Below are positions 33,261-41,859 of a stretch of 64,000 nucleotides of DNA, piece after piece. The stretch's first letter is position 1; each line of letters starts with the position of its first letter. The notes under the pieces were generated by a model. That model searched no databases. It was not told the DNA's origin and was given only the letters and a program-made list of their open reading frames with translations. Where the stretch lies: the sequence record PV231354.1, one strand, 5' to 3'. Both the position numbers and the translations under genes were made by a program.

Positions 33261-33901
33261 GTGCGGTTCCCCTCGGCGAAATCACCGGCGCGGCCGATGA
33301 TCGGATAGAACGTGTACATCTCGCCCGGCCGGTCCCTGGCCTCCCGGCTGATCACCGGCAGGTCCGGGGCGTAGCGGGCAAACCACGCGGCCTTGCGCTT
33401 GGCCCAGGCTTGCGGGTCCTCGTCGTGGTCCCAGCCAAACACCCCGCGCCCGTTCTCCCTGCCCTTGCGGATCGAGGAGAGCATCTGGTTCATGCCGATA
33501 TAGCGGCAGTAGGCCTCCGGCGCCGCGCCGTGCTGCGTCGGGCATCCGTTGTTGTGGTGGTCGACGAAGGCCAGATCGTTCTTGGACAGGTCCTGCTCGA
33601 TCCAGCCACGACCGTCCTTGACGAACGGATCGACCAGCTTGGTGATCTCGCGATAGACGTCGATCCCGACGAAGGCCGCATAGCCATCCGACAGGCTCAG
33701 TTCGGGATTGACCCCGTCCCGGAGGGTGATCATGTAGGCGCAGCCCTCGGCAATGGTCTTGCCTTCGAGGAGTGCGGCATAGCGCATGCAGATGCCGCCC
33801 CAGGCCTTGGCGGACAGGACGTCCCAGGCGGTGCGCTGCATCCGATCGCGGCGGTAGTAGGCCTGGGCGGCTTCGCGCAGGTGATCAGAGAACGTGGTCA
33901 T
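33257..33901 (-). CDS. hypothetical protein
   Basis: GGAGG RBS. Confidence 0.72.
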   Translation of the reverse strand: MTTFSDHLREAAQAYYRRDRMQRTAWDVLSAKAWGGICMRYAALLEGKTIAEGCAYMITLRDGVNPELSLSDGYAAFVGIDVYREITKLVDPFVKDGRGWIEQDLSKNDLAFVDHHNNGCPTQHGAAPEAYCRYIGMNQMLSSIRKGRENGRGVFGWDHDEDPQAWAKRKAAWFARYAPDLPVISREARDRPGEMYTFYPIIGRAGDFAEGNRT

Positions 33902-33910
33902 GAGCCCTCC

Positions 33911-34534
33911 CTAGTTTCGAAGGAACAGAAGGATGTCGCGGGCCTTGTCTTCCTTGGCGAAGCGGCCCTTGATCGTCTTGGCGGCGGCGGCCTGCTTGAG
34001 CAGCTTGGCCGCCTGCATGAGTTTGTCGGCCTCCTCCAGGAGCCTGGACGACTGCCCCGTGTCCCCGATCAGCGCTTGCTCGTCGATGGCCTCGCCCGTG
34101 CGAATGTCGATGATCCGGAACTTCGTGGGGAAGCCCGTGGAATCGACCGGATCGGCGTGAACAAGATAGTTCAGCGTCGCCTTGGCGGTCGCCAAGTCCA
34201 CGAACCCGGAATGATCGGTCCAGGCCTTGCCTTTCCGGTTGTAGCCCTCGCCGCCATAGCTTTCGACGGCGTAGATCGGGAGCGGACCACCGTCCTCGGT
34301 GGCCTGCTGGCCCGCCATGTGCGCAGGATGGACCACGAGCCCGGTGCGGATGTCGACGACCCGCCAGGACCCTTCCAGGTCCTTGCCGACGTAGTGGTCG
34401 ACGTCCAGGGCCGCGTCCGTCAGGTCATCGAAAGTCGAGTGAAGCTTCCACGTCCGGGCCGCGTCGGGAAGGGTCTCGCGGCCACGCGGCAGGGGATAGA
34501 ACCCCTGGAGCCAGAACGGATCGTGCGACGGCAT
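33911..34534 (-). CDS. hypothetical protein with internal duplication
   Basis: Two W-x-x-HS-x-F-x-DL...R-x-x-DIRTG units. Confidence 0.72.
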   Translation of the reverse strand: MPSHDPFWLQGFYPLPRGRETLPDAARTWKLHSTFDDLTDAALDVDHYVGKDLEGSWRVVDIRTGLVVHPAHMAGQQATEDGGPLPIYAVESYGGEGYNRKGKAWTDHSGFVDLATAKATLNYLVHADPVDSTGFPTKFRIIDIRTGEAIDEQALIGDTGQSSRLLEEADKLMQAAKLLKQAAAAKTIKGRFAKEDKARDILLFLRN

Positions 34535-34824
34535 CAGCGGCCCTTCGCCGGGCGCTTGAAGCGGCCGTTCTCGTCGTAGCTGTCGACGCTGGCGCCGGGC
34601 GTGTCCCAGCCGAACATCGAGCCGAACTCCATGGCCGAGGCCTGGGCGGGCGTGACGCCCATGCGCTTGTTCAGGCTGGCGACGATCTCCGCGCCCTGGG
34701 GGCCGTAGTTGGGATTGTAGTAGCCGGTCTCGCCACGCTTGACGATCACGGTCTCGCCCGTGGTCGACAGGACCACATAGGCGGTCTCGGGCAGGGCGGC
34801 GAGGTTGGTTTCGAGCAGGGACAT
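34534..34824 (-). CDS. hypothetical protein
   Basis: First gene after a promoter; GGAGG RBS. Confidence 0.75.
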   Translation of the reverse strand: MSLLETNLAALPETAYVVLSTTGETVIVKRGETGYYNPNYGPQGAEIVASLNKRMGVTPAQASAMEFGSMFGWDTPGASVDSYDENGRFKRPAKGR

Positions 34825-34837
34825 CGGGGCCTCCTTG

Positions 34838-34896
34838 GTTGTCGTCGACGCTCCCTATAGACCCGGCCTGTCAGCCTGTCAACACTCGACAGCCAA
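34838..34896 (-). promoter_or_regulatory. Early promoter with upstream element and leader
   Basis: TTGGC-N6-GTG-TTGACA-N17-TATAGG, CGACGACAAC. Confidence 0.85.
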
Positions 34897-35196
34897 GTAA
34901 CGATTCCGCTGGGGCTCGTAGGGCAGATCGTTGGCGACCGCCATCAGCCAGCCGGCGTGACAGCGCTTGGGCGCGCAGTGACAGACGAGGTGGAAGCCCT
35001 TGAGGTTGGCCTTCACCCAGGCGATGAACTGCGCATCGTCCCGCCTGTGGGCGATGTACCGGTCGATCACCTGATCGCGAGTTCCGTCGACGCCGATCCG
35101 GAACTCGTTGCCCGCCGGCGTCCCCCGGCCGACGTACTTGGACATCGGCGGGAGGTGGCCTGGGAAATCGCTTCGGCTCAGGACTTGGAGGATCAC
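34879..35196 (-). CDS. DUF4326 family protein
   Basis: YVGRGTPAGNEF, GTRDQVIDRY, LKGFHLVCHCAPKRCHA. Confidence 0.85.
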   Translation of the reverse strand: MILQVLSRSDFPGHLPPMSKYVGRGTPAGNEFRIGVDGTRDQVIDRYIAHRRDDAQFIAWVKANLKGFHLVCHCAPKRCHAGWLMAVANDLPYEPQRNRYLAVEC

Positions 35197-35828
35197 GCCG
35201 CCTTGCTCTCCACGTATTCGGCCAGCCGCGCGATCGTGTCCTGGGCCGAGGTGTGGTAGATCGCAAAGCCCCCGGCGTCGATCCAGGCGTTGCAGTTGGC
35301 CGTGCGGTCGTCGATCAGGATTTGGTGGTCCGAGTGCTTGCGGTGCATGAACAACTGCTTGCGCGAGGAGGTCGTGCAGATGAAGCGCTCGTCGGCGATG
35401 CGCTGGCGACGATGGACATAGCCGTCGCGCTCGTTCATCCCCACCGGAACCTTGAAGACCTCTGCAAGCAGCGTCTCCTCGATCCACCGCCGCTTGGCGT
35501 AGGCCGCGCCCTGGAAGAACGGCGCCGTCAGATAGTCGTCCTCGCTCGCACCGAACTTCGGCGACGCGGTCAGGATGATCGGATCGGCCTCGGCGACGGC
35601 CTTGTAGAGATCGACGGCGCCCGGCATGAACGGCAGGGTCTCGAAGAAGGTCGTGCCCTTGATGACGTCGTACATGCCTTGCTTCCACAGGTTCGCCTCG
35701 TCGTCCATGGCGTGGCTCGACTGGTTGAACAGCGGATCGGGCTTGAAGCCCAGGCGGCGGATGCCTTCGTCGAAATCGGCGAGCACCCCGTCCATGTCGA
35801 GGTAGATGGCGTAGTTCTTCAGGTCCAT
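35193..35828 (-). CDS. HAD-family 5'(3')-deoxyribonucleotidase-like protein
   Basis: YLDMDGVLADF, FFETLP, ILTASP, KRRW, LIDDR...GG. Confidence 0.85.
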   Translation of the reverse strand: MDLKNYAIYLDMDGVLADFDEGIRRLGFKPDPLFNQSSHAMDDEANLWKQGMYDVIKGTTFFETLPFMPGAVDLYKAVAEADPIILTASPKFGASEDDYLTAPFFQGAAYAKRRWIEETLLAEVFKVPVGMNERDGYVHRRQRIADERFICTTSSRKQLFMHRKHSDHQILIDDRTANCNAWIDAGGFAIYHTSAQDTIARLAEYVESKAA

Positions 35829-35830
35829 GA

Positions 35831-36196
35831 TCAGTTGCACTCCCGCAGTTCGCCCAGGCCGCCGACCTGGACGTCGCACTCGGCCAGGGCCTGCTCGCGC
35901 CGCTCGCACATGCCGATCAGGTCTTCGATGCAGTCGACCAGCATGCCCACCCCGTCATAGAGGTCGATCTCCTGGTCCTCGGTCAAGGTCCCGCCCACCT
36001 CGGCGATGTTGCCGATGGCGCGGAACTTGGCCAGCTTGCCGCCCGGCTCCAGCAGCGCCTTGAACGCGGCGAGGTTGGGGCTGGGCACCTGGGCGCCGGC
36101 CGTGACGAAGCCCGACAGCCGCGAGGCCACCCGCGCCATAGCCTCGTCGCGCAGGTCCCCGACCGGGCCTTTGAGGGTCATGTTGACGACTTCCAT
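35831..36196 (-). CDS. hypothetical protein
   Basis: ORF in operon. Confidence 0.65.
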   Translation of the reverse strand: MEVVNMTLKGPVGDLRDEAMARVASRLSGFVTAGAQVPSPNLAAFKALLEPGGKLAKFRAIGNIAEVGGTLTEDQEIDLYDGVGMLVDCIEDLIGMCERREQALAECDVQVGGLGELRECN

Positions 36197-36198
36197 GT

Positions 36199-36396
36199 CT
36201 ACTCCGGAAATTGGGCGTGCAGGCTCATGGCGATGCGCGCCAGTTCATAGGCGGTCTTGGTTTCCAACTCGGCGGTCGGCGTGCGCGCGATCTTGAGTTG
36301 GTCGCTCATCATGTGGATGGCGTGGATGATGTCGCTCTTGCGCCGCTTCTCGTAGTAGCGGTGCGAGACGGTGGCGCGGACCTCGACAATCGCCAC
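36199..36396 (-). CDS. hypothetical protein
   Basis: ORF in operon. Confidence 0.6.
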   Translation of the reverse strand: MAIVEVRATVSHRYYEKRRKSDIIHAIHMMSDQLKIARTPTAELETKTAYELARIAMSLHAQFPE

Positions 36397-36783
36397 CTAG
36401 TCCCCCAGGCCCTGCATGGCGTTGTCGCGGCTGTCCTCGGCGTCGGGCCGCACCGCCAGTTCCGCCAAGAGGTCGACGTCGAGGTGGCGGTTGTAGATCG
36501 CCGCGCCCCGGTACTTGAAGAGTTCGCTGGCCTCATGCAGCAGCGCCCGCTCCACCGCCGCCCAGGCCGTCTGCACGATCTCGGTGTCGGTGGCGTAGTA
36601 GGAGAGCTTCCACTTGCGACCCTTCCAGGCCTCGGGCTCGCCCGTGACGGTGTTGACGCCGTCCTTGCACGAGACCTGGAGCCAGACTTCCGCATGGCTC
36701 GTGTTCAGCAGGAACTCAAAGCCCGGATAGCTGATCTTGTCGACGACGTCGCGGATCGACTGCGGGGTGCGCATGTTCGCCAT
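36397..36783 (-). CDS. Phage hypothetical protein
   Basis: WKGRKWKLS...HEASELFKY motif. Confidence 0.72.
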   Translation of the reverse strand: MANMRTPQSIRDVVDKISYPGFEFLLNTSHAEVWLQVSCKDGVNTVTGEPEAWKGRKWKLSYYATDTEIVQTAWAAVERALLHEASELFKYRGAAIYNRHLDVDLLAELAVRPDAEDSRDNAMQGLGD

Positions 36784-37247
36784 CAGGGCCTCGACTTGAT
36801 CAGTCGGCGCGGCTTGCGCCGGGGCGACTTGAAGGACATCAGCGGATAGCCACTACCCGCGTACACGGGTTCCGGCGGCGGGTCGGGCAGGTCTTTTGGG
36901 CGCTCCAGCGTGAAGCCGTCCAGGTCGAGGTCGTAGATCGACAGGCGCTCGCTGTAGCCGTAGCGGTTGTTGGCGAAGGTGATCCCGACATCGCCCATCG
37001 ACGAGACCATGATCACCCGACAGGCCTTGCCGCCCTTGCGGCCGTAGAGGGCCGGCATGAAGCCCGCCTCCTCGATCGCCAGGGTCTCGGTGGCGTTGCC
37101 GGCGTTGAGCGCCAGGAAGCCCCGGACGATGGCCGGCAGCTTGTAGTCGCAGATCGCCCGGCCGTTGCTGACCTCGTAGGGCATGCCGATCTTGCCTTCG
37201 ATCACCGCGCCCAGGATTTCGGCGTCCGACATCGTCTCAGCGGTCAT
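36783..37247 (-). CDS. hypothetical protein
   Basis: Start moved to MTAETM. Confidence 0.65.
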   Translation of the reverse strand: MTAETMSDAEILGAVIEGKIGMPYEVSNGRAICDYKLPAIVRGFLALNAGNATETLAIEEAGFMPALYGRKGGKACRVIMVSSMGDVGITFANNRYGYSERLSIYDLDLDGFTLERPKDLPDPPPEPVYAGSGYPLMSFKSPRRKPRRLIKSRP

Positions 37248-37494
37248 AGGTGATCCTGTAGGGCAGGCCGCCGACGCAAATCTTGCCCCGGAGCCCGCTG
37301 GCGGTGGTGAAGGAAAAGCCCTGGCGGCCTTTGGTCCCGGCGCAGCCGAACCAGCGGCGATGGAAGCTGACGATCTGAGAGCCGGTGTCGCGCTCGACAA
37401 GCCGCCGGGCGTGGTTGCCTTCCCAGCCGAGCGCCATCATCCCGATCGTCAGGAAGAAAACGCCCAGCGCGAACGTAGCCCAGACGGACCTCAC
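37237..37494 (-). CDS. Small exported/membrane protein
   Basis: N-terminal hydrophobic helix, two Cys. Confidence 0.65.
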   Translation of the reverse strand: MRSVWATFALGVFFLTIGMMALGWEGNHARRLVERDTGSQIVSFHRRWFGCAGTKGRQGFSFTTASGLRGKICVGGLPYRITYDR

Positions 37495-37871
37495 GCGGCG
37501 ACGAACCCGGCGATCACGTCGGCGACGACGCGGCGCTTCTCGACCGGCATGCTGGCCAGGGCCAGGATCGTGCCGGCGCCGATCTGGGCGACGGCGCTTT
37601 CCAGGTCGGCGCGACCGTCGGTCATGAAGGTCGGATCATCGACCGGCGGATAGAAGCTCTCGATCGGCTGCTTGAGGAAGCGGGCCGCGTCGTAGAGCTT
37701 GGAGGACGAGATGCGGTTGTCGCCGCGCTCGTACTTCTGGACCTGCTGGAACGTGATGCCCAGGGCGTTGGCCAGATCGCCTTGCGAATAGCCGGCGGCC
37801 TTGCGGGTGTTGCGCAGCTTCTGACCGACGTACTTGTCGACCGGGTGCGGGGTCTTGTCTTCGTCAGCCAT
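37491..37871 (-). CDS. XRE-family HTH transcriptional regulator
   Basis: HPVDKYVGQKLR...SQGDLANALGITFQQVQKYERGDNRISSSKL. Confidence 0.92.
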   Translation of the reverse strand: MADEDKTPHPVDKYVGQKLRNTRKAAGYSQGDLANALGITFQQVQKYERGDNRISSSKLYDAARFLKQPIESFYPPVDDPTFMTDGRADLESAVAQIGAGTILALASMPVEKRRVVADVIAGFVAA

Positions 37872-38847
37872 TGGCGGCTTCCTCCTTCTTTTGCTGGCGG
37901 GCCTTGCGGCGGTGCGTGTAGGCCGCGCGCAGGGCCTGGGTGGTGTCGTCGTGCGCGCCCAGGTCAATCCCATCGGGCGCGACGACGCTGTTCTTCAGGC
38001 CGAACCGGTAGCCCTCGGCCTCCAGTTCGTAGAGCGCCTGCTCTTCGTGCATCTGGGCGAGGTGGCGGTAGTATTCCGCCAGGGCCAGTTCGTAGTCGCC
38101 CAGGAAGAGCCGCGCATTGCGCTCGGTCCCGGCGACCTCGGCGCGGAAGGTGAGCAGGAACCGACCAGGACCGACATGCGTCAGCTTGTAGCCGGTCTCG
38201 GCCAGGACCTCCTCGACGGTCTTGACGACCTCGTAGATGTGGAAGGTCCACACCGACTCGATGTGGGTGTCGTGGTAGAGGTACTCGTGCTCGGGCTTCT
38301 GCTCGCCGATGTAGGGACCCCACTTGTGGTAGCGCCAGCCGCCGCGATCGGGCTGGTGCTCGCGGCGCACCTCGACCATCGAGATGAAGTAGTTGGTGTC
38401 GGGGTCGTCGATCAAATCCGGGATCAGCGCCAGCAGTTGCTCGGGGCCGTCACAGACGCCGTAGCTGTCGATAGGCTCGGCGATGCGCTTGTAGCCCTCG
38501 GCCACCGGCGGCAGGTCCTCGTTCTCCAGGTCGCCGACGACCTCGATCTTGTACTTGTCGTGCAGGAGCTTGATGCGCGCCTCGCGGCGCTCACCATCGG
38601 CCTTGATCCAGGCGCGGAACGCATCGGTGCGCTCCTCCTCGGTCTGGCCGGCCTTGTACTCAGGCCCCCAGCGGCCCCACTTGTCCTCGATCTTCTCGAC
38701 GATCTCGTACTCGGGGTTCCAGGAGCCGAGGGCGAAGACGCCCTGGGCCAGCCGCTTGGGAAAGCCCGAGCGCTTGGTGCTCTCGGCGATCATGCGGGCG
38801 ATGGGATCGACGGCCGAGGCCGGGCGCGGGGTGATGTCGTAGAGCAT
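37864..38847 (-). CDS. hypothetical protein
   Basis: Coupled ORF; GWRYHKWGPYIG motif. Confidence 0.75.
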   Translation of the reverse strand: MLYDITPRPASAVDPIARMIAESTKRSGFPKRLAQGVFALGSWNPEYEIVEKIEDKWGRWGPEYKAGQTEEERTDAFRAWIKADGERREARIKLLHDKYKIEVVGDLENEDLPPVAEGYKRIAEPIDSYGVCDGPEQLLALIPDLIDDPDTNYFISMVEVRREHQPDRGGWRYHKWGPYIGEQKPEHEYLYHDTHIESVWTFHIYEVVKTVEEVLAETGYKLTHVGPGRFLLTFRAEVAGTERNARLFLGDYELALAEYYRHLAQMHEEQALYELEAEGYRFGLKNSVVAPDGIDLGAHDDTTQALRAAYTHRRKARQQKKEEAANG

Positions 38848-39146
38848 CAGGCGGTGCCCTGGGCGATTTCGTAGACGATCTTGGAGATGCCGCCCAGGTC
38901 CACGGTGAAGCGGTCCTCCGAGCCGTCGAAGATGTACTTCCCGACGCAGCCGATCGGCAGCATCTTGCCGTTGTCCAGGTAGATGGCGTGCGGGGTGGCC
39001 TCGACCACGCCCCGGATCGCGCCCTGCTCCTCGGTTGGCGCCATGTCGACGAAGGTATCCTTCGCGCCCTTGATGCGGACCACCGCCACGCGCAGACGCG
39101 CGCCGGGCTGGTTGAGCTTGGTGATCAGGTCTTGAACGGTCTGCAC
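38847..39146 (-). CDS. hypothetical protein
   Basis: First gene after a promoter; GAGGAG RBS. Confidence 0.72.
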   Translation of the reverse strand: MQTVQDLITKLNQPGARLRVAVVRIKGAKDTFVDMAPTEEQGAIRGVVEATPHAIYLDNGKMLPIGCVGKYIFDGSEDRFTVDLGGISKIVYEIAQGTA

Positions 39147-39158
39147 GGGAACTCCTCT

Positions 39159-39218
39159 ATGTCGTCGTCTCGACCCTTCTAGGTGGAGGTTCCCGTTCTG
39201 TCAACACACAACCGCCAA
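39159..39218 (-). promoter_or_regulatory. Early promoter with upstream element
   Basis: TTGGC-N6-GTG-TTGACA-N17-TAGAAG, CGACGACA. Confidence 0.83.
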
Positions 39219-39224
39219 CGAGGC

Positions 39225-39257
39225 AAAAAGAAACCGCCGACCCGAAGGCCGGCGGTT
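39225..39257 (-). terminator. Rho-independent terminator
   Basis: AACCGCCG-GCC-TTCG-GGT-CGGCGGTT (C-UUCG-G loop) then TCTTTTT. Confidence 0.88.
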
Positions 39258-39277
39258 GGGAGGTGTGGGCTCGGGAA

Positions 39278-41137
39278 CTAGACGTCGAGGATGAAGAAGC
39301 GCTCGCTGGACGGGCCGTCGACCTCGACGATGAAGCCCGCCTCCAGCAGCGCCTCGATCGCCTTGCCGGTGTGGTAGAGCGACAGGTCGGACGCTTCGCT
39401 GATCCGGGCCAGCGAGAAGCCGACGTTCTGACCAACCTTGAGGTCTTGCAGCGACAGTTCGTTCAGGGTGGTGATCACCGCCCCGGCCGGGGCCAGTTCA
39501 TACGCGCCTTCGAAGTCGCGATCCTCCGACAGACGCACGAGGCCTTCCTGCTCGATATTGTCGAGCAGCGAGGCCAGGAACTCGGGATCGACGAAGCCGA
39601 CGTGGCTGCGGATTTCGCTCAGGTAGGCCGGGCCGTCGACGTCGACGGCGTTGAGGACCGCCAGCAGGGCGATGCCCGGCATGACCGCCACGACTTGCTC
39701 GGCCTTCTCCTCCTCGGAGATGTCGATCGGCACGCCCCCGCCGTTCGACAGAGGCACGATGGCTTCGTCCGGATGCAGGAGGATGAAGTCCTTGATCGCC
39801 CGCAGCGCCGCCAGGAAATGGTCCTTGGGGATTTCGTCGAGCTTGAAGGTGATGCGATCGTCGATGCCCATGGGATAGAGCGCCCGCAGATTGGCGACGA
39901 TGTCCTCGGGCCACGCGGCGAGCACCGTGTCCCAGAGAACCTTGGGCATCTGGAAGGCCCCGAAAGACAGGAACTGGTCGGGGGTGGCGGCTTCGACCGC
40001 AGCGATGGACTCGTCGATGCTGGCGGGCGTGTAGCCGCCCACGACGCCGTTTTGCGTCGCGTGGAGCACCTCGGCGGCTTCCTCGGCGCTCAGCCCCGTG
40101 ATGACCTTTTCCACGCCCTCCTCGGGCTCCTGGAGCGGCTCCAGGGTCTTGAGGCGATCGCTCAGGCCCTGGATCGACTCGTAGGCGTCGGTCGTGTCGA
40201 CGGCGAGCTTCAGGGTCAGGCGCTCGGGGCGGGCGCTGAACTCCTCGCCCGTGATGGTGTAGACGCCCTCGCGCTCCAGGATTTCCAGGTTCAGGAAGCG
40301 CCCCGTGTCGTTGAGGGCGCGGAAGCGCGCGTAGAGCATGTCCTGCTCAGTCAGATCGGTGAAGATGCCCTTGTCGAGCGCGAACAGCAGTTCGCTGCTG
40401 GAGAGGGTCTGCTCGCCCATGCCGGAGACCTCCTCGGGCTGGTCCTTCGTGAACCTCAGGCCCGGCCCGGTGGTCTCGGTTTCTTGAGGGATGATGGGGT
40501 CTTCGATCACGGGGGCTTTCTCCTTGAAAACGATGGAGGTCAGTTCGCTCAGCGAGACCGACCAGTTGGTGTCGACCTGGGCGGCGTAGCGGCCCGACAT
40601 GGGGTTCCAGGCGACCTTGCCGATCTCGCCGCTGACCATCTTGTCCTCCCAGGCCGAGCGGAACATCACGTCGGCGCCGCCGAAGTAGTCCGTCAGGTGG
40701 CCCGCGAAGGTCTCGATGTCCTCGCGGGACGCCGGGCGCACCTCGCGCAGCGGGTAGGAATGGTGGACGCCGGGGCGCGCGTCTTCGATCTCGACGAAGA
40801 TCGGCCCGTGGTCGGTGTGGAAGCGCTCGGTGTAGCCGATCATCTCGCCTTGCGGGGTCATGACCATCACCGGCAGGGCCGAGAACTTGTGGTTCAGGCG
40901 GTCCACGTAGTCGCTGGGATAGGCGGTGGTGGTGTAGATGAGGTTGTCGCCCCGGCGCACGCCGCTGTAGTCGACGACGCAGAGCGGCGTGGCCACCGCA
41001 CCGCTCGGGAAGCGCGGCCGATCAACGAACACTTGCCCGTCCGCCACCGGCGGGGAGACGCCGTGAACGTAGGGGACCACCTCGCTGTAGGTGGCGATCC
41101 AGGCGGGCTTGACCCGGTCAAGGAAGGTTTCGGTCAA
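39278..41137 (-). CDS. Large acidic hypothetical protein with two C-terminal winged-helix-like segments
   Basis: 619 aa; LLDNIEQEGLV and IEALLEAGFI segments. Confidence 0.75.
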   Translation of the reverse strand: MTETFLDRVKPAWIATYSEVVPYVHGVSPPVADGQVFVDRPRFPSGAVATPLCVVDYSGVRRGDNLIYTTTAYPSDYVDRLNHKFSALPVMVMTPQGEMIGYTERFHTDHGPIFVEIEDARPGVHHSYPLREVRPASREDIETFAGHLTDYFGGADVMFRSAWEDKMVSGEIGKVAWNPMSGRYAAQVDTNWSVSLSELTSIVFKEKAPVIEDPIIPQETETTGPGLRFTKDQPEEVSGMGEQTLSSSELLFALDKGIFTDLTEQDMLYARFRALNDTGRFLNLEILEREGVYTITGEEFSARPERLTLKLAVDTTDAYESIQGLSDRLKTLEPLQEPEEGVEKVITGLSAEEAAEVLHATQNGVVGGYTPASIDESIAAVEAATPDQFLSFGAFQMPKVLWDTVLAAWPEDIVANLRALYPMGIDDRITFKLDEIPKDHFLAALRAIKDFILLHPDEAIVPLSNGGGVPIDISEEEKAEQVVAVMPGIALLAVLNAVDVDGPAYLSEIRSHVGFVDPEFLASLLDNIEQEGLVRLSEDRDFEGAYELAPAGAVITTLNELSLQDLKVGQNVGFSLARISEASDLSLYHTGKAIEALLEAGFIVEVDGPSSERFFILDV

Positions 41138-41146
41138 GGCGGTCCC

Positions 41147-41611
41147 CTATTCGTTTGGAATGACGGACGCCGGGGCGTCCAGGTCGAAATTCTCGCCCTC
41201 ATCGGTGAGGGCGAAGGTGGCGTAGCCGTCAGGGCTCTTGACCATGGTCAGCAGCTTGATCAGGCCGTGCTTCTCCAGCGCCTGGGCGGCGGGATAGTCG
41301 GCGTGCTTGTAGAAGACGTTGAGTTGCCCGCCTCGGCCCAGGATGCGCACGCTGCGCAGCAGCATGGCCTCCTGTTCGCTCAGCCCCAGCGCGCCCTTGA
41401 TCCGCACGCGGGCGAGATGGACGTCGATCACGTGCGTCTGGCCCTGGTGCTCGAACTCGATGATCGCCAGCGGGCCGAACGATCCGTTGGTCACCGCCAG
41501 GACGACGCCCTCGAACTCGGTCGTTTTCCGCGCCGTGATGGGCACATAGTAGTCGAAGAAGACCGTCTTGCCCTTCATCACGTGGTGGGCCTGGGGCGCG
41601 ACCGTGCTCAT
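41147..41611 (-). CDS. hypothetical protein (beta-rich N-terminus plus winged-helix-like C-terminus)
   Basis: AAQALEKHGLIKL...FALTDEG. Confidence 0.68.
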   Translation of the reverse strand: MSTVAPQAHHVMKGKTVFFDYYVPITARKTTEFEGVVLAVTNGSFGPLAIIEFEHQGQTHVIDVHLARVRIKGALGLSEQEAMLLRSVRILGRGGQLNVFYKHADYPAAQALEKHGLIKLLTMVKSPDGYATFALTDEGENFDLDAPASVIPNE

Positions 41612-41859
41612 GCCGTGGGGTCCTTCTTGCGGGCGGTGTAGTGGAACTCGTCGTGCATGCGCCCGTCCAGGGTGACCTCGTAGCCGGGACCCAGTTCAGC
41701 CAGGATGCGCGCCTCGATCTCGGAGAAGTCGATGTTGGCCATTGCGCGCTCGGCCGCCGCCGCCTGCTCCAGGAAGCTGCTCCTGATCTTGGCGCCGGCC
41801 TCGGTGCGGATCGGGATGTTCTGGATGGGCGGCTCGGACTTGGACAGACGCTCGCTCAT
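41608..41859 (-). CDS. 83-aa mini DNA polymerase A palm-motif protein
   Basis: RLSKSEPPIQNIPIRTEAGAKIRSSF, IDFSEIEARILA, MHDEF; coupled on both sides (ATGA overlaps). Confidence 0.75.
   Translation of the reverse strand: MSERLSKSEPPIQNIPIRTEAGAKIRSSFLEQAAAAERAMANIDFSEIEARILAELGPGYEVTLDGRMHDEFHYTARKKDPTA

Noticed and set aside
39263-41641. Long opposite-strand ORFs (792 aa here; also 2092..3900, 7638..9050, 9010..10656, 61575..63914 and others)
   Set aside because: Antisense shadows of real GC3-rich genes; no RBS or motifs, and they run against the local promoter direction
41608-41859. Calling this ORF a functional DNA polymerase or simple pseudogene
   Set aside because: Too short for catalysis, yet intact, coupled on both sides and retaining just the catalytic motifs; a pseudogene origin is not fully excluded
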